DNA of 64,000 bases from Clostridia bacterium (GTDB lineage: Bacteria > Bacillota > Clostridia > TANB77 > UBA1234): NCBI GenBank assembly GCA_017522765.1, contig JAFWYG010000005.1:138826-202825 (forward strand). The letters run 5' to 3'. The notes under the pieces were generated by a model that saw only the letters and a list, made by a program, of their open reading frames with translations, searched no databases and was not told where the DNA came from. Below are positions 28,068-37,956 of the stretch, piece after piece; position 1 is the stretch's first letter; every line of letters begins with the position of its first letter. A program made the translations under genes and the position numbers.

Positions 28068-28143
28068 TCGAATGTTGACACATATAATCACTAAGTGTAA
28101 AATTATTTTGTATTTAATCAAAAGAAAAATAAGGGGGATACAC

Positions 28144-28836
28144 ATGAACGAAAATTTAAACGAAAATGTAAATCAAGAAAACGAAGAAGTAAAGACTGAA
28201 GAACTAAAGAATGAGGCAAAAGAAACTATCAATCAAGTTAAAGAAAATCTAAAGAATGTTGATGTAAAAGAAGAAGCAAAAGCAACTAAAGGATTTATCA
28301 AAGAGATGTTTAAAAATCCTTTAGATAAAATTTCAGAAATAGCAAGCGGTGCAGTTAATCTATTTAAGACAGCAATTGTTTTATTAATTGTATGGACAGT
28401 TGTTGAAATGATTGGTGGACTAGACACATTATTTAATGAGTGGGGCGAATGGCATGAAAATCTTTTTGGATTTATTAAGATTGCTTTAAGACCTGCACTA
28501 TCTGTTCTTTCAATGGCGCTTGTGTTATTCTGGTTAAACAAAAAAGAGAAAAAATCATTAACAACATACATATCAACAATAACAACTGTTAAACTTCCAA
28601 TTATAGCAGCAGATGTTATTTATCTATTAAACATGATTGGCTACAGCATGAATAAAATAACAAGCAAAGTTTATACATTCGCAACACTTATTTCTACAGT
28701 GTTAATGTTCTTTGCTATTAAAGCTTTATGCAACGAAACAGATGATAAGAGTGCATTTAGAAGATTTGCTATAGCTGAAGCTGTATGGGTTGCTGTTTAC
28801 TTTATAGTTTCATTCATGGGAATTTCATTGTCATAA
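28144..28836 (+). CDS. Hypothetical membrane protein (charged N-terminal region plus 4 predicted TM helices)
   Basis: The start was moved to MNENLNEN, with SD aagggggata upstream. The listed ORF start at 28039 lies inside the upstream terminator. Confidence 0.5.
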   Translation: MNENLNENVNQENEEVKTEELKNEAKETINQVKENLKNVDVKEEAKATKGFIKEMFKNPLDKISEIASGAVNLFKTAIVLLIVWTVVEMIGGLDTLFNEWGEWHENLFGFIKIALRPALSVLSMALVLFWLNKKEKKSLTTYISTITTVKLPIIAADVIYLLNMIGYSMNKITSKVYTFATLISTVLMFFAIKALCNETDDKSAFRRFAIAEAVWVAVYFIVSFMGISLS

Positions 28837-28843
28837 TTTAATT

Positions 28844-28876
28844 TTAGATAACGAAAAAGGTGCGATTTAATCGCAC
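28844..28876. terminator. Bidirectional terminator
   Basis: aaaaaggtgcga-tttaa-tcgcaccttttt. Confidence 0.8.
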
Positions 28877-28881
28877 CTTTT

Positions 28882-29733
28882 TTATTTTATTTTTATAGTT
28901 CTACCTGTTAAATATTCTAAGTTTCCTAAACCGCCATCAAACACAATCTTATAAGCTTCTAATTCTTGTTTTGCTAGTTTGAATTTTTTGTTAGTTTCAT
29001 TTTTTCCATATTTACCATCACCCAAGATTGGATATCCGATAAAAGCTAAATGTGCACGTATTTGATGAGTACGTCCCGTTACAAGTTGTACTTCCAAATC
29101 TGCAGTGCCATTGTTGTTATATGAAATAACTTCATATTTTGTAATTATTTCAACATAACCTTTTTTCTTTTCATTTGAAACTATTACGCGACTTGTTTTG
29201 CTATCCTTAAATAGATAAGCGGTAAGAGTTGCTTTTTTGTTTTTAGGATGGCCAATTACAGTACATCTATAAAACTTTCTAAGTAAGTGATTTTTTATCA
29301 TTTCACTCATTGATTCTTCGGATTCTTTATTTTTAGCAAATATTACAATCCCGGAGGTGTTTCTATCAATACGATGACATGGATAAATAGTATATCCTAA
29401 AAAATCTTTTGCCAACGTGTCTAAACCGGGTTCGTCGCCTTGTGATACTACAAGCATATCTTGTGGTTTATATAGAATTACAATGTTCTCATCGTCATAG
29501 ATTATGTTTTTTTCGTTAATAGATTTTGCTCCATAAAGTAAATCGTCAGTTATATATACGGTAAGCTCATCACCTTGGTTTACCATAACATTTTCTGAGA
29601 TTTTAATTCCGTTGACGCGAATGTCTTTATTTCTTAAAGCTTTATAAATTGTACCGATTTTCAGATTATTAAATTTACTTTGTAGGTAGTTAATTACCAT
29701 TACATTATTTTTATCAACAATTATCTTTTTCAT
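28882..29733 (-). CDS. RluD/RluC-type pseudouridine synthase with N-terminal S4 domain
   Basis: HRIDRNTSGIVIFAKNKESEE ... GRTHQIRAHLAFIGYPILGD; the N-terminal S4-like KALRNKDIRVNG. Confidence 0.8.
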   Translation of the reverse strand: MKKIIVDKNNVMVINYLQSKFNNLKIGTIYKALRNKDIRVNGIKISENVMVNQGDELTVYITDDLLYGAKSINEKNIIYDDENIVILYKPQDMLVVSQGDEPGLDTLAKDFLGYTIYPCHRIDRNTSGIVIFAKNKESEESMSEMIKNHLLRKFYRCTVIGHPKNKKATLTAYLFKDSKTSRVIVSNEKKKGYVEIITKYEVISYNNNGTADLEVQLVTGRTHQIRAHLAFIGYPILGDGKYGKNETNKKFKLAKQELEAYKIVFDGGLGNLEYLTGRTIKIK

Positions 29734-29899
29734 AGTGACATAATTATATATTTTTACACAAAAAATAGCAATACTTTACATAAATATATGTAAGAAAAAG
29801 GTATATTTTATTTTATTGTTCCTTTTGGGAAAAATGCTAGACTTTAGGGGTTTTTTGATATAAAATACACTCGATTGAAGATAAGGGAGAGTGTTTTTT

Positions 29900-30433
29900 A
29901 TGAATATTTGGCATGACATAAATCCAAGTAGGGTTAGACCTGAAGTTTTTACAGCGGTTATTGAAATTCCTAATGGGAGTAAAAATAAATATGAATTAGA
30001 TAAGGAAACTGGTTTATTAAGATTAGATAGAGTTTTATATACTGCGACACATTATCCTGCAAATTATGGTTTTATACCAAGAACTTATGCAGATGACAAT
30101 GATCCTCTTGATGTTTTAGTTTTATGTCAAGAAGAAATTGCTCCAATGACATTAGTTGAATGTTATCCAATTGGAATGCTTGAAATGACTGATAATGACG
30201 AACATGATGAAAAAATCATTGCCATACCTGTAAGAGAACCAAATCTTTCAGTGTATAGAGATATTACTGATTTACCATCTCATTTATCAAATGAAATTTC
30301 ACATTTCTTTGAAGTATATAAATTTTTAGAAGATAAAGAAACTGCAATTAAAGAAATGAATAATGCAGAAGTTGCAAAAGAATGCATTGCAAAATGTATA
30401 AAAGCTTATGAAGAAAAGTTTGGGAACAACTAA
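29900..30433 (+). CDS. ppa: Inorganic pyrophosphatase (family I)
   Basis: FTAVIEIPNGSKNKYELDKETG...DPLDVLVL. The start was placed at the ATG 8 nt after SD gggagag; the listed start at 29891 is a GTG. Confidence 0.85.
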   Translation: MNIWHDINPSRVRPEVFTAVIEIPNGSKNKYELDKETGLLRLDRVLYTATHYPANYGFIPRTYADDNDPLDVLVLCQEEIAPMTLVECYPIGMLEMTDNDEHDEKIIAIPVREPNLSVYRDITDLPSHLSNEISHFFEVYKFLEDKETAIKEMNNAEVAKECIAKCIKAYEEKFGNN

Positions 30434-30474
30434 AGGTAAGAATTTGTAAGAGGTTTTGAAAGGAAGCAAGTAAG

Positions 30475-31674
30475 ATGTTAATAGAAAGAATAGTTTATAG
30501 TTGTTTATGTGCTGCGTTACTAGTATACATAGCATGTAAGTACATGAAAACAAAAGAGACTCCATATATTGTGTTATTAAGTTTTCAAATAATTTCACTT
30601 ATGGTGCAATTGTTATCGCTATTTAAAGGGGTTTATCCAAACTATGCGATACAATCATTTATTTTAGTGTTTTCTGTAATTGTTCCATCAACACTATTTT
30701 TATTAGAATACATAAAAGTAGATGTTAATGAATATTTTTTAATAAAAGCAGGAGATGTTTTAGTTAAAAGAAATGATTACAACAAGGCTATAGACTTATA
30801 TAAACATGCTGCTGAGAAAAATCCTAATAATAGTGAAACATATGTTAAATTAGGTAAAGCGTATAATGCAGTTGGCGATAGAAGAACTGCGTTTGACAAA
30901 TTTGCTAAAGCGGTAGAGCTTAATAGAAATGATTACAAGTCTTATTATGAGATTGGTATAATCTTTAATGAATTAAACAAAAAGAGTGATGCACAGGTTG
31001 TGCTTGATAATGCGCTAAGAATTAAACCAGACTTTACACCGGCTTCTGAACTTTTAGCTTTAGTTCTTTGTGCTGAAAATAAATATGATGAAGCAATAAA
31101 TGTATATCAACGCGCTATTAAATATGATCAAGATAATTATGATTTATACTATAGCATGGGTATTGTAAGAACTGAACTTAGAGATTTTAATGAAGCATTA
31201 ACTTGTTATCAAAAAGCAATTGAGTTAAATCCTAAATTATTTGAGGCTCATTTTAGCATTGGACAAATTCATTTACTAAAAGGCGATTTAGAAGATGCTG
31301 CTACAGCTTTTAGAAATGCTTCTCAAAGTACAGATATTGCTGCTAAATCGTATTATCAACTTGCAAAAATTTCTATGCTTCAAAATAATGAAGTTCAAGC
31401 AATTGCATATATTGAGTATGCGATTGAAAGAGAACCAAGCTATAGATACAAAGCCGAAACGGATCCGATGTTTGCGAATGTTAAAGAATATTTAACTGGT
31501 ATGCATATGGTTTCTCAAGCTCAAATGAAATTAGAAAAAGCAATTGATGAAAAAGTTAAGAATGAATATCATAAAGAAGAAAAGAAAGAAGAAGTTAATC
31601 TTCAAAATATTGAAATTCAAGATGTAAAAGAAGAAGATGTAGAATTTAACTTTATGGATAAATATAATTTATAA
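30475..31674 (+). CDS. Membrane-anchored tetratricopeptide (TPR) repeat protein
   Basis: Three N-terminal TM helices, then about 7 TPR units (A.DLYKHAAEKNPNNSETYVKLGKAY... repeated). Confidence 0.7.
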   Translation: MLIERIVYSCLCAALLVYIACKYMKTKETPYIVLLSFQIISLMVQLLSLFKGVYPNYAIQSFILVFSVIVPSTLFLLEYIKVDVNEYFLIKAGDVLVKRNDYNKAIDLYKHAAEKNPNNSETYVKLGKAYNAVGDRRTAFDKFAKAVELNRNDYKSYYEIGIIFNELNKKSDAQVVLDNALRIKPDFTPASELLALVLCAENKYDEAINVYQRAIKYDQDNYDLYYSMGIVRTELRDFNEALTCYQKAIELNPKLFEAHFSIGQIHLLKGDLEDAATAFRNASQSTDIAAKSYYQLAKISMLQNNEVQAIAYIEYAIEREPSYRYKAETDPMFANVKEYLTGMHMVSQAQMKLEKAIDEKVKNEYHKEEKKEEVNLQNIEIQDVKEEDVEFNFMDKYNL

Positions 31675-31696
31675 AAGTGTTTACTAAGGAGGAAAA

Positions 31697-32509
31697 ATGG
31701 CAGACTTTTCAATGTTTCAAGCAATATTTTTAGGTATAGTTCAAGGTCTTACAGAATTATTACCTGTATCTAGTTCGGCACATTTAACTACTTTACCGTG
31801 GTTATTGTGGGGCATTGAAGATATTGGTGCTTTTGATGTTGCACTACATGCGGGAACATTATTAGCGATTGGAATTTTCTTTTTTAAAGATTGGATTAGC
31901 TTACTTGTTGGTGCGTGGAAGACAACTTTTAAGAAAGAAAAAAACAGGGATGGCACAGTGTTTTGGTATTTAGTTTTAGCTACAATACCTGGAGGCCTAA
32001 TTGGTTTTGTACTAGATGATATTATTGATGGATTTATTGATGCGCGTGGTGTAAAACTTGCGATGACTATTATCGCGTGTGCATTAATTTTATTGGGTAT
32101 TGTTTTATATATCGTTGATAAAAAATCAAAATCAACAACAGACTATGAACACATGACTTTAAAACAAACGTTTTTGATTGGTTTATCACAAGCACTTGCT
32201 TTTATACCAGGTGTTTCTCGTTCTGGTATAACGATGACAACAGCAAGAGCAATGGGTGTAGATAGAGAATCTGCTGCGAAGTATTCTTTTATGCTTTCAG
32301 CACCAATTGTTTTGGGAGCGGTGATTTTAAATATAACTGATTTTGTTTTTTCTGCAGCATTCTTTGCTGGTGTATTTGCAAGTTTTATCGTTGGACTGTT
32401 AGTTATTAAATTTTTACTTAAATATTTACAAAAAGGAAGCTTTAAAGTTTTTGGAATATATAGAATTGTTTTCGGACTACTTATATTAGCTAAAATATTT
32501 ATTTTATAA
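31697..32509 (+). CDS. uppP: Undecaprenyl-diphosphatase
   Basis: QAIFLGIVQGLTELLPVSSSAHL ... PGVSRSGITM. BacA/UppP motifs. Confidence 0.9.
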   Translation: MADFSMFQAIFLGIVQGLTELLPVSSSAHLTTLPWLLWGIEDIGAFDVALHAGTLLAIGIFFFKDWISLLVGAWKTTFKKEKNRDGTVFWYLVLATIPGGLIGFVLDDIIDGFIDARGVKLAMTIIACALILLGIVLYIVDKKSKSTTDYEHMTLKQTFLIGLSQALAFIPGVSRSGITMTTARAMGVDRESAAKYSFMLSAPIVLGAVILNITDFVFSAAFFAGVFASFIVGLLVIKFLLKYLQKGSFKVFGIYRIVFGLLILAKIFIL

Positions 32510-32520
32510 GGAGAGAAAAA

Positions 32521-33360
32521 ATGATTTTAATCGAAGGAAAAAAAGTAGCAGAAAAACGCAGAGAAAAAGTTATTGAAAAACTCAAAGAGTTAGGCGGAAT
32601 ACCATCTTTAGCGGTTATTAGAGTTGAAGGTGACCCAGCGTCTGAAATTTATATACGTATTAAAAGAAAGATGTGTGAAGAGCTAGGAATAAATTTCACA
32701 GAGTATCATTTAGAAAAAGATGTGACTCAAGAAGAATTGTTAAATTTAATTCATAAATTAAATGATGACAAATCAGTTAATGCAATTTTGTTACAAAGTC
32801 CAATTCCTTATCATTTAGATATTATGGAAGCTTTTGAAGCAATTAATCCAGATAAAGATGTGGATGGTTTTAGTCCTGTTAATACTGGTAGACTTGTACA
32901 AGGGCAACCTTCTTTTAAAGCGTGTACACCATATGGAATAATGATGTTGTTAGAGGAATATGGTATATCAATTGAAGGAAAGCATTGCGTCGTTATCGGT
33001 AGAAGTAATATTGTTGGTAAACCGATGGCAGAACTTTTATTAAATGCTAATGGAACAATAACAATATGTCATTCAAAAACTAAAAATTTGTCAGAGATAA
33101 CAAAGACGGCAGACATTATTGTAGTTGCAATTGGTTCTCCTAATTTTATAACAGCTGACATGATAAAAGAGGATGCGGTTGTTATTGATGTTGGAATAAA
33201 TAGAATACCAGGTACGAATAAAATCGTTGGGGATGTTGATTTTGAAAGTGCCAAAGAAAAAGCGGGTTACATTACTCCTGTTCCTGGAGGAGTTGGACCA
33301 ATGACAATTATTGCTTTAATGGAAAATGTTATTAAAGCATATGAGTTACAAAATAAATAA
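32521..33360 (+). CDS. folD: Bifunctional 5,10-methylene-THF dehydrogenase/cyclohydrolase
   Basis: AVIRVEGDPASEIYIRIKRKMCEELGI ... GRSNIVGKPMAELLL ... PVPGGVGPMTIIALMEN. Confidence 0.9.
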   Translation: MILIEGKKVAEKRREKVIEKLKELGGIPSLAVIRVEGDPASEIYIRIKRKMCEELGINFTEYHLEKDVTQEELLNLIHKLNDDKSVNAILLQSPIPYHLDIMEAFEAINPDKDVDGFSPVNTGRLVQGQPSFKACTPYGIMMLLEEYGISIEGKHCVVIGRSNIVGKPMAELLLNANGTITICHSKTKNLSEITKTADIIVVAIGSPNFITADMIKEDAVVIDVGINRIPGTNKIVGDVDFESAKEKAGYITPVPGGVGPMTIIALMENVIKAYELQNK

Positions 33361-33422
33361 AATAGTAATTAATGGGGTGTTTTGCAGATGACGCAAAGCA
33401 CTCTTTTTGTTTGGAGGTATAT

Positions 33423-34266
33423 ATGAATTATTGGATATGGTTTGCTAACATAAAAAAGCTTGGAGCGATTAGAAAATATAAATTATTGAGGGAATTTGGC
33501 TCTGTAGATGAAATTTATAATGCTAACAAAAAAGATATTTTAGATATTGAAGGTTTCGGAGAAGAAACTTGGAAAAATATTTTGCAAAGTAAAGATGAAG
33601 AAAAAATACACAAACAAGAAAAGTTTATGAAGTGCAATGATATTAAGTATATAAATTTTTACGAAGAGGGTTATCCTAAATTATTAAAAGAAATATATGA
33701 TCCCCCGGTAACGATTTTTTATAAAGGGGAGTTAAGTGTTTTAAATCAAAGTTGTATTTCTATTATTGGATCAAGAAATGCGAGTGATTATGGAATTAGA
33801 AATGCATATAATATCTCTAAGGATTTAGTAGCAAAAGGTTATACGGTGGTAAGCGGATTAGCCAAAGGAATAGATTCTTGTGCTCATCGTGGTGCAATTG
33901 ATGGGAAAGGAAAGACTATAGGGGTATTAGGATGTGGTTTAGATATTGTATATCCAAAAGAAAATTTAGATTTATATAGGGCGATTGTTAAAAACGGAAT
34001 AATAATTTCTGAATATCCGCTTGGAACAAAACCAAACCCGGAAAATTTCCCGATGAGAAATAGAATTATTAGTGGATTATCTAAGAAAATTATTGTGGTT
34101 GAGGCAGCTGAAAAAAGCGGAACTTTAAGAACTGTTGAAAGTGCACTGGAACAAGGAAGAGAAGTATTTGCAGTTCCACGGTAATATAACTTCTAATTTA
34201 AGTGTTGGTACTAATAGATTAATAAAAGAAGGTGCGGGACTATATACTGGAATATGCGATTTATAG
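33423..34266 (+). pseudogene. dprA: DNA processing protein DprA (Smf), disrupted by a +1 frameshift near the 3' end. A premature stop at 34182-34184 leaves 253 aa; the last 28 codons continue in another frame to 34266.
   Basis: The Rossmann-like DprA core (IIGSRNASDYG...VVSGLAKGIDSCAHRGA...GTLRTVE) is intact up to FAVP. The sequence then reads R-stop in frame, while the +1 frame gives GNITSNLSVGTNRLIKEGAGLYTGICDL, the conserved DprA C-terminus. The extra base is C at 34179 (cca-c-ggt). Confidence 0.75.
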
Positions 34267-34372
34267 CATGTTTGCGGTTTGTGAAAATATGTAAATAAGA
34301 TGTGAAAAAATAGTTACATGTTAGTATAAGTATGATATAATTACCTAGTAGAATTTTGAGGGAGGCGAAAAA

Positions 34373-36793
34373 ATGCCAAATAATACCAAGAAGAAAAAAG
34401 CGGATAAGAAAAACAAAAAAAGTTTTTGGAAAATATTTTTTAGAGTTATTTTAATATGTATCTTTATAGGAATTGCACTAGGTGTAGGCTTCATTGTGTC
34501 AGTATTAAATGGCGCTGGAGCATTATCAAGAGCTGATTTCGAAATTAGTAATTTATCAACTATTATTTATGATAAATACGGAAATGAATATGTAAGTTTA
34601 TATAGTTCGGAAAATAGATTGTATTCGGGTTTGGGAGAAATGTCACCATATTTACCGAAAGCTTTTATTGCAATCGAAGATGAAAGATTTGAAAAACATA
34701 TAGGTATAGATATTAAACGTACAGCAGCTGCTGTAGTTCAATTTGTATTTACAGGTGATTCAGAATTTGGTGGAAGCACAATTACACAACAGTTAATCAA
34801 AAAAGTTACTGAAGACAATGGACGTAATTGGCAAAGAAAAGCTAGAGAAATTGTTAGAGCTATTCAGGTTGAACAATGGTTAACCAAAGATCAAATTATT
34901 GAATTGTATATGAATATGATTTATCTAGGTAGTGGTGCTTATGGAGTTGAAACTGCAGCATACACATATTTTAATAAAAGTGCTGCTGATTTAGACATTG
35001 CTGAAGCTGCATTAATAGCAGGTTTAGCGCAAGCTCCTGAAGGATATAATCCTTATGTACATCCTGATAAAGCTAAAGCTCGTCAAGAATTGGTTTTAGG
35101 GAAAATGAAACAACTAGGATATATATCTGCTGAAGAATATGAAGCGGCTAAATCAAAAGAACTTGTTTATGAAAAAGGAACAATGCAACAAACATCAAGT
35201 AATTCATATTTCATTGATGCGCTTATAGATACACTTATCGCAGACTTACAAGAAGAAAAAGGTGTAACTGCTGCGATGGCAAGAAAGATGATTTATTCAA
35301 ATGGTTTGCAAATATACACAACAATTGATCCTGAGATTCAAGAAGCTATTGAAACTGTATATGTTGATGAAGCCGAAAAATATTTCAAATTAAGCAATGG
35401 TAATTATGATCCAAATCTACAATCTGCAATGGTAATTATAGATTATAGAAAAGGCGATGTTGTAGGTTTAATTGGTGGTGCTGGTGAAAAAGTTGTTCAA
35501 AGAGGATTAAACAGAGCAACTCACACATATAGAGCTCCAGGTTCAACAATCAAACCTTTAGCGGTTTATGCACCAGGTATAGATACAGAAGCTTTCACAG
35601 CAGCAACTGTGTTTGATGACACTCCTGTAACAATGCAAGTTGGGGTTGATACTTGGACACCGTCAAACAGTTATAAAGGTTATAGAGGTTTAACACCAGT
35701 AAGAAAAGCAATTGAGATTTCAAGTAATATTATTGCTGCTAAGGCATTCCAAGAAGTTGGTGCTTCTACAGCTGTTAGCTATTTGAAAAAATTCGGAATT
35801 ACTTCTATTACAAGCTCTGATGTATATCCAGGAGCACTTGCTTTAGGTGGTTTAACAAAAGGTATTTCAACTTTTGAACATGCTGCAGCTTATGGTGCAA
35901 TTGCCAATGGTGGTGTTTATGTAGAACCTAAATTATATACAAAAGTTTTGGATAATAATGAAGAAGTGATATTAGAAAAGACTAGTGAAATAAAAGAGGT
36001 TCTTTCAGAAGAATCTGCATTTATAGTAACAAGTATGCTTCGTGATGTTGTTGTAGGTATTAGTGCTACTGGTGGTGCTGCAGCTCTTCCAAATATGCCA
36101 GTGGCAGGAAAAACGGGTACAACAAATGGTTCAATGGACAGATGGTTTGCTGGTTATACACCATACTATGTTGCATCGGTATGGACTGGTTATGATGTTC
36201 AACAAACTGTAAATGCAACAGGAAATCCATCAGCTAGACTTTGGAAGGCTGTAATGCAAAAGGTTCATTCGGGATTACCTTCAAAACAATTTGAAAAACC
36301 ATCTGGTGTAGTTACTTGTGAAGTATGTTTAGATTCTGGATTGCTTGCAACAGATCTTTGCAGAAATGACAGAAGAGGAGATAGAACTACTACAGAATAT
36401 TTTACAAAAGACACAATACCTACAGAAGAATGTGGTACGCATGTAAGTATTCCTGTGTGTCCAGAGACATTTAAATTAGCAAATCCTACATGTAAATCTG
36501 CTGTGGGAACAGTAAATGTAATATTTATAGATAGAGGATACGAAGAAGCTCCTTCTGTATTACCTGCAGACTACGATTATGAAGTTCCATTAGATTATTG
36601 CGAATATCATTATTGTGAAGTTGATGAAGAAGGAAATTACGTAGGTTCAAATGAGCCGGAAAAAGATAATGATTATGAATATGAAGATCAAATGACTCCG
36701 GAAAAAATTGAACAATTAAATAAACTAGATAAAGATAAAAACAATGGGAATGTAGAAAAACCTGTTGAACAAGAAACTTTTTGGTGGGAATAA
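34373..36793 (+). CDS. ponA: Class A penicillin-binding protein (PBP1A; glycosyltransferase + transpeptidase)
   Basis: N-terminal TM. GT51 motifs FIAIEDERFEKHIGID and RKAREI. Transpeptidase motifs STIKP, SSN and KTGT. Acidic C-terminal tail. Confidence 0.9.
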   Translation: MPNNTKKKKADKKNKKSFWKIFFRVILICIFIGIALGVGFIVSVLNGAGALSRADFEISNLSTIIYDKYGNEYVSLYSSENRLYSGLGEMSPYLPKAFIAIEDERFEKHIGIDIKRTAAAVVQFVFTGDSEFGGSTITQQLIKKVTEDNGRNWQRKAREIVRAIQVEQWLTKDQIIELYMNMIYLGSGAYGVETAAYTYFNKSAADLDIAEAALIAGLAQAPEGYNPYVHPDKAKARQELVLGKMKQLGYISAEEYEAAKSKELVYEKGTMQQTSSNSYFIDALIDTLIADLQEEKGVTAAMARKMIYSNGLQIYTTIDPEIQEAIETVYVDEAEKYFKLSNGNYDPNLQSAMVIIDYRKGDVVGLIGGAGEKVVQRGLNRATHTYRAPGSTIKPLAVYAPGIDTEAFTAATVFDDTPVTMQVGVDTWTPSNSYKGYRGLTPVRKAIEISSNIIAAKAFQEVGASTAVSYLKKFGITSITSSDVYPGALALGGLTKGISTFEHAAAYGAIANGGVYVEPKLYTKVLDNNEEVILEKTSEIKEVLSEESAFIVTSMLRDVVVGISATGGAAALPNMPVAGKTGTTNGSMDRWFAGYTPYYVASVWTGYDVQQTVNATGNPSARLWKAVMQKVHSGLPSKQFEKPSGVVTCEVCLDSGLLATDLCRNDRRGDRTTTEYFTKDTIPTEECGTHVSIPVCPETFKLANPTCKSAVGTVNVIFIDRGYEEAPSVLPADYDYEVPLDYCEYHYCEVDEEGNYVGSNEPEKDNDYEYEDQMTPEKIEQLNKLDKDKNNGNVEKPVEQETFWWE

Positions 36794-36825
36794 AATTAAG
36801 TAAATAAACTAAGGAGGAAAATTAA

Positions 36826-37941
36826 ATGGTAAAGAAGGTTGGTGTTTTAACTGCTGGTGGAGATTGCCCAGGACTAAATGCTGTAATTAGAGGAATTGTA
36901 AAAACTGCAGAATATGCAGGAGTTGAGGTTTATGGTTTCTTAGAAGGATATAAAGGTTTGATAGAAAATAGATATATCAAACTTGATCCTCGTGTAACAG
37001 GTGGAATCATTTCAAAGGGTGGAACAATATTAGGCTCAAACAATAAAACAAATCCATTTGCTATTCCTGTAAAGAATGACAAAGGTGAAGTTGATTATGA
37101 AGATAAATCTTTTGAAATTGTAGAGAGATTAAAAAGAGATAACTACGATTGCTTGATTGTAATCGGTGGTGACGGTTCTTTAAAGTCTGGTAGAGATTTC
37201 ACTAGAAGAGGACTTAATGTTATTGGAGTTCCAAAGACAATTGATAATGACGTACCGCACACAGACATTACTTTTGGATTTTATACAGCGGTTGATGTAG
37301 CTACAGAGGCTATTGATAGAATTAAGACAACAGCTGAATCTCACGGTAGAGTACTTCTTTTAGAAGTTATGGGAAGATATGCTGGTTGGATTGCTTTAGC
37401 TGCTGGAATAGCTGGTGGTGCAGACACGATATTAATACCTGAAATACCATACGATTTAACTAAAGTTGCTGAAAAAATAAGACAAAGAAGAGCACTAGGC
37501 AAGAAACATAGTATTATAGTTGTTGCTGAAGGAGCTAAGCCTGTTGATGGTGAATTAATGGTAAAAGCTACTGTTGGTGATAGCCCAGATGCTGTTAGAC
37601 TTGGTGGCGCTGGAGACTATGTTGCAAGAGAAATTGAAAAATTAACAGGTATAGAAGCTAGAAATACAACACTAGGTTATTTACAAAGAGGTGGAAATAC
37701 TTGTGCTTATGATAGAATCCTTTCTACAGAATACGGTTCAATGGCAATGAAACTTGCAATCGAAGGTAAATTTAATGAGATGGTTACATTTACTGATGGG
37801 AAAATTACGCATGTGCCATTAGATGAAGTTGCTGGTAAAGAAACAAAAATTGGTGCTGCTTCATCAAATATTAAACCAGTTGATTTAGACGGTGATTGGA
37901 TAGAAACAGCTAGACGTATAGGAATATGTTTAGGTGATTAA
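36826..37941 (+). CDS. pfkA: 6-phosphofructokinase (ATP-dependent type by the GGDGS motif)
   Basis: VGVLTAGGDCPGLNAVIRG ... IVIGGDGSL ... TLGYLQRGG. Confidence 0.8.
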   Translation: MVKKVGVLTAGGDCPGLNAVIRGIVKTAEYAGVEVYGFLEGYKGLIENRYIKLDPRVTGGIISKGGTILGSNNKTNPFAIPVKNDKGEVDYEDKSFEIVERLKRDNYDCLIVIGGDGSLKSGRDFTRRGLNVIGVPKTIDNDVPHTDITFGFYTAVDVATEAIDRIKTTAESHGRVLLLEVMGRYAGWIALAAGIAGGADTILIPEIPYDLTKVAEKIRQRRALGKKHSIIVVAEGAKPVDGELMVKATVGDSPDAVRLGGAGDYVAREIEKLTGIEARNTTLGYLQRGGNTCAYDRILSTEYGSMAMKLAIEGKFNEMVTFTDGKITHVPLDEVAGKETKIGAASSNIKPVDLDGDWIETARRIGICLGD

Positions 37942-37956
37942 TTAGGAGTGAACTTA

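Noticed and set aside
36826-37941. Whether pfkA (371 aa, longer than the ~320-aa ATP-PFK) hides a frameshift or fusion
   Set aside because: The ORF is continuous with PFK motifs spread along its whole length and has an SD at the start. The length is within the range of long-form bacterial PFKs.
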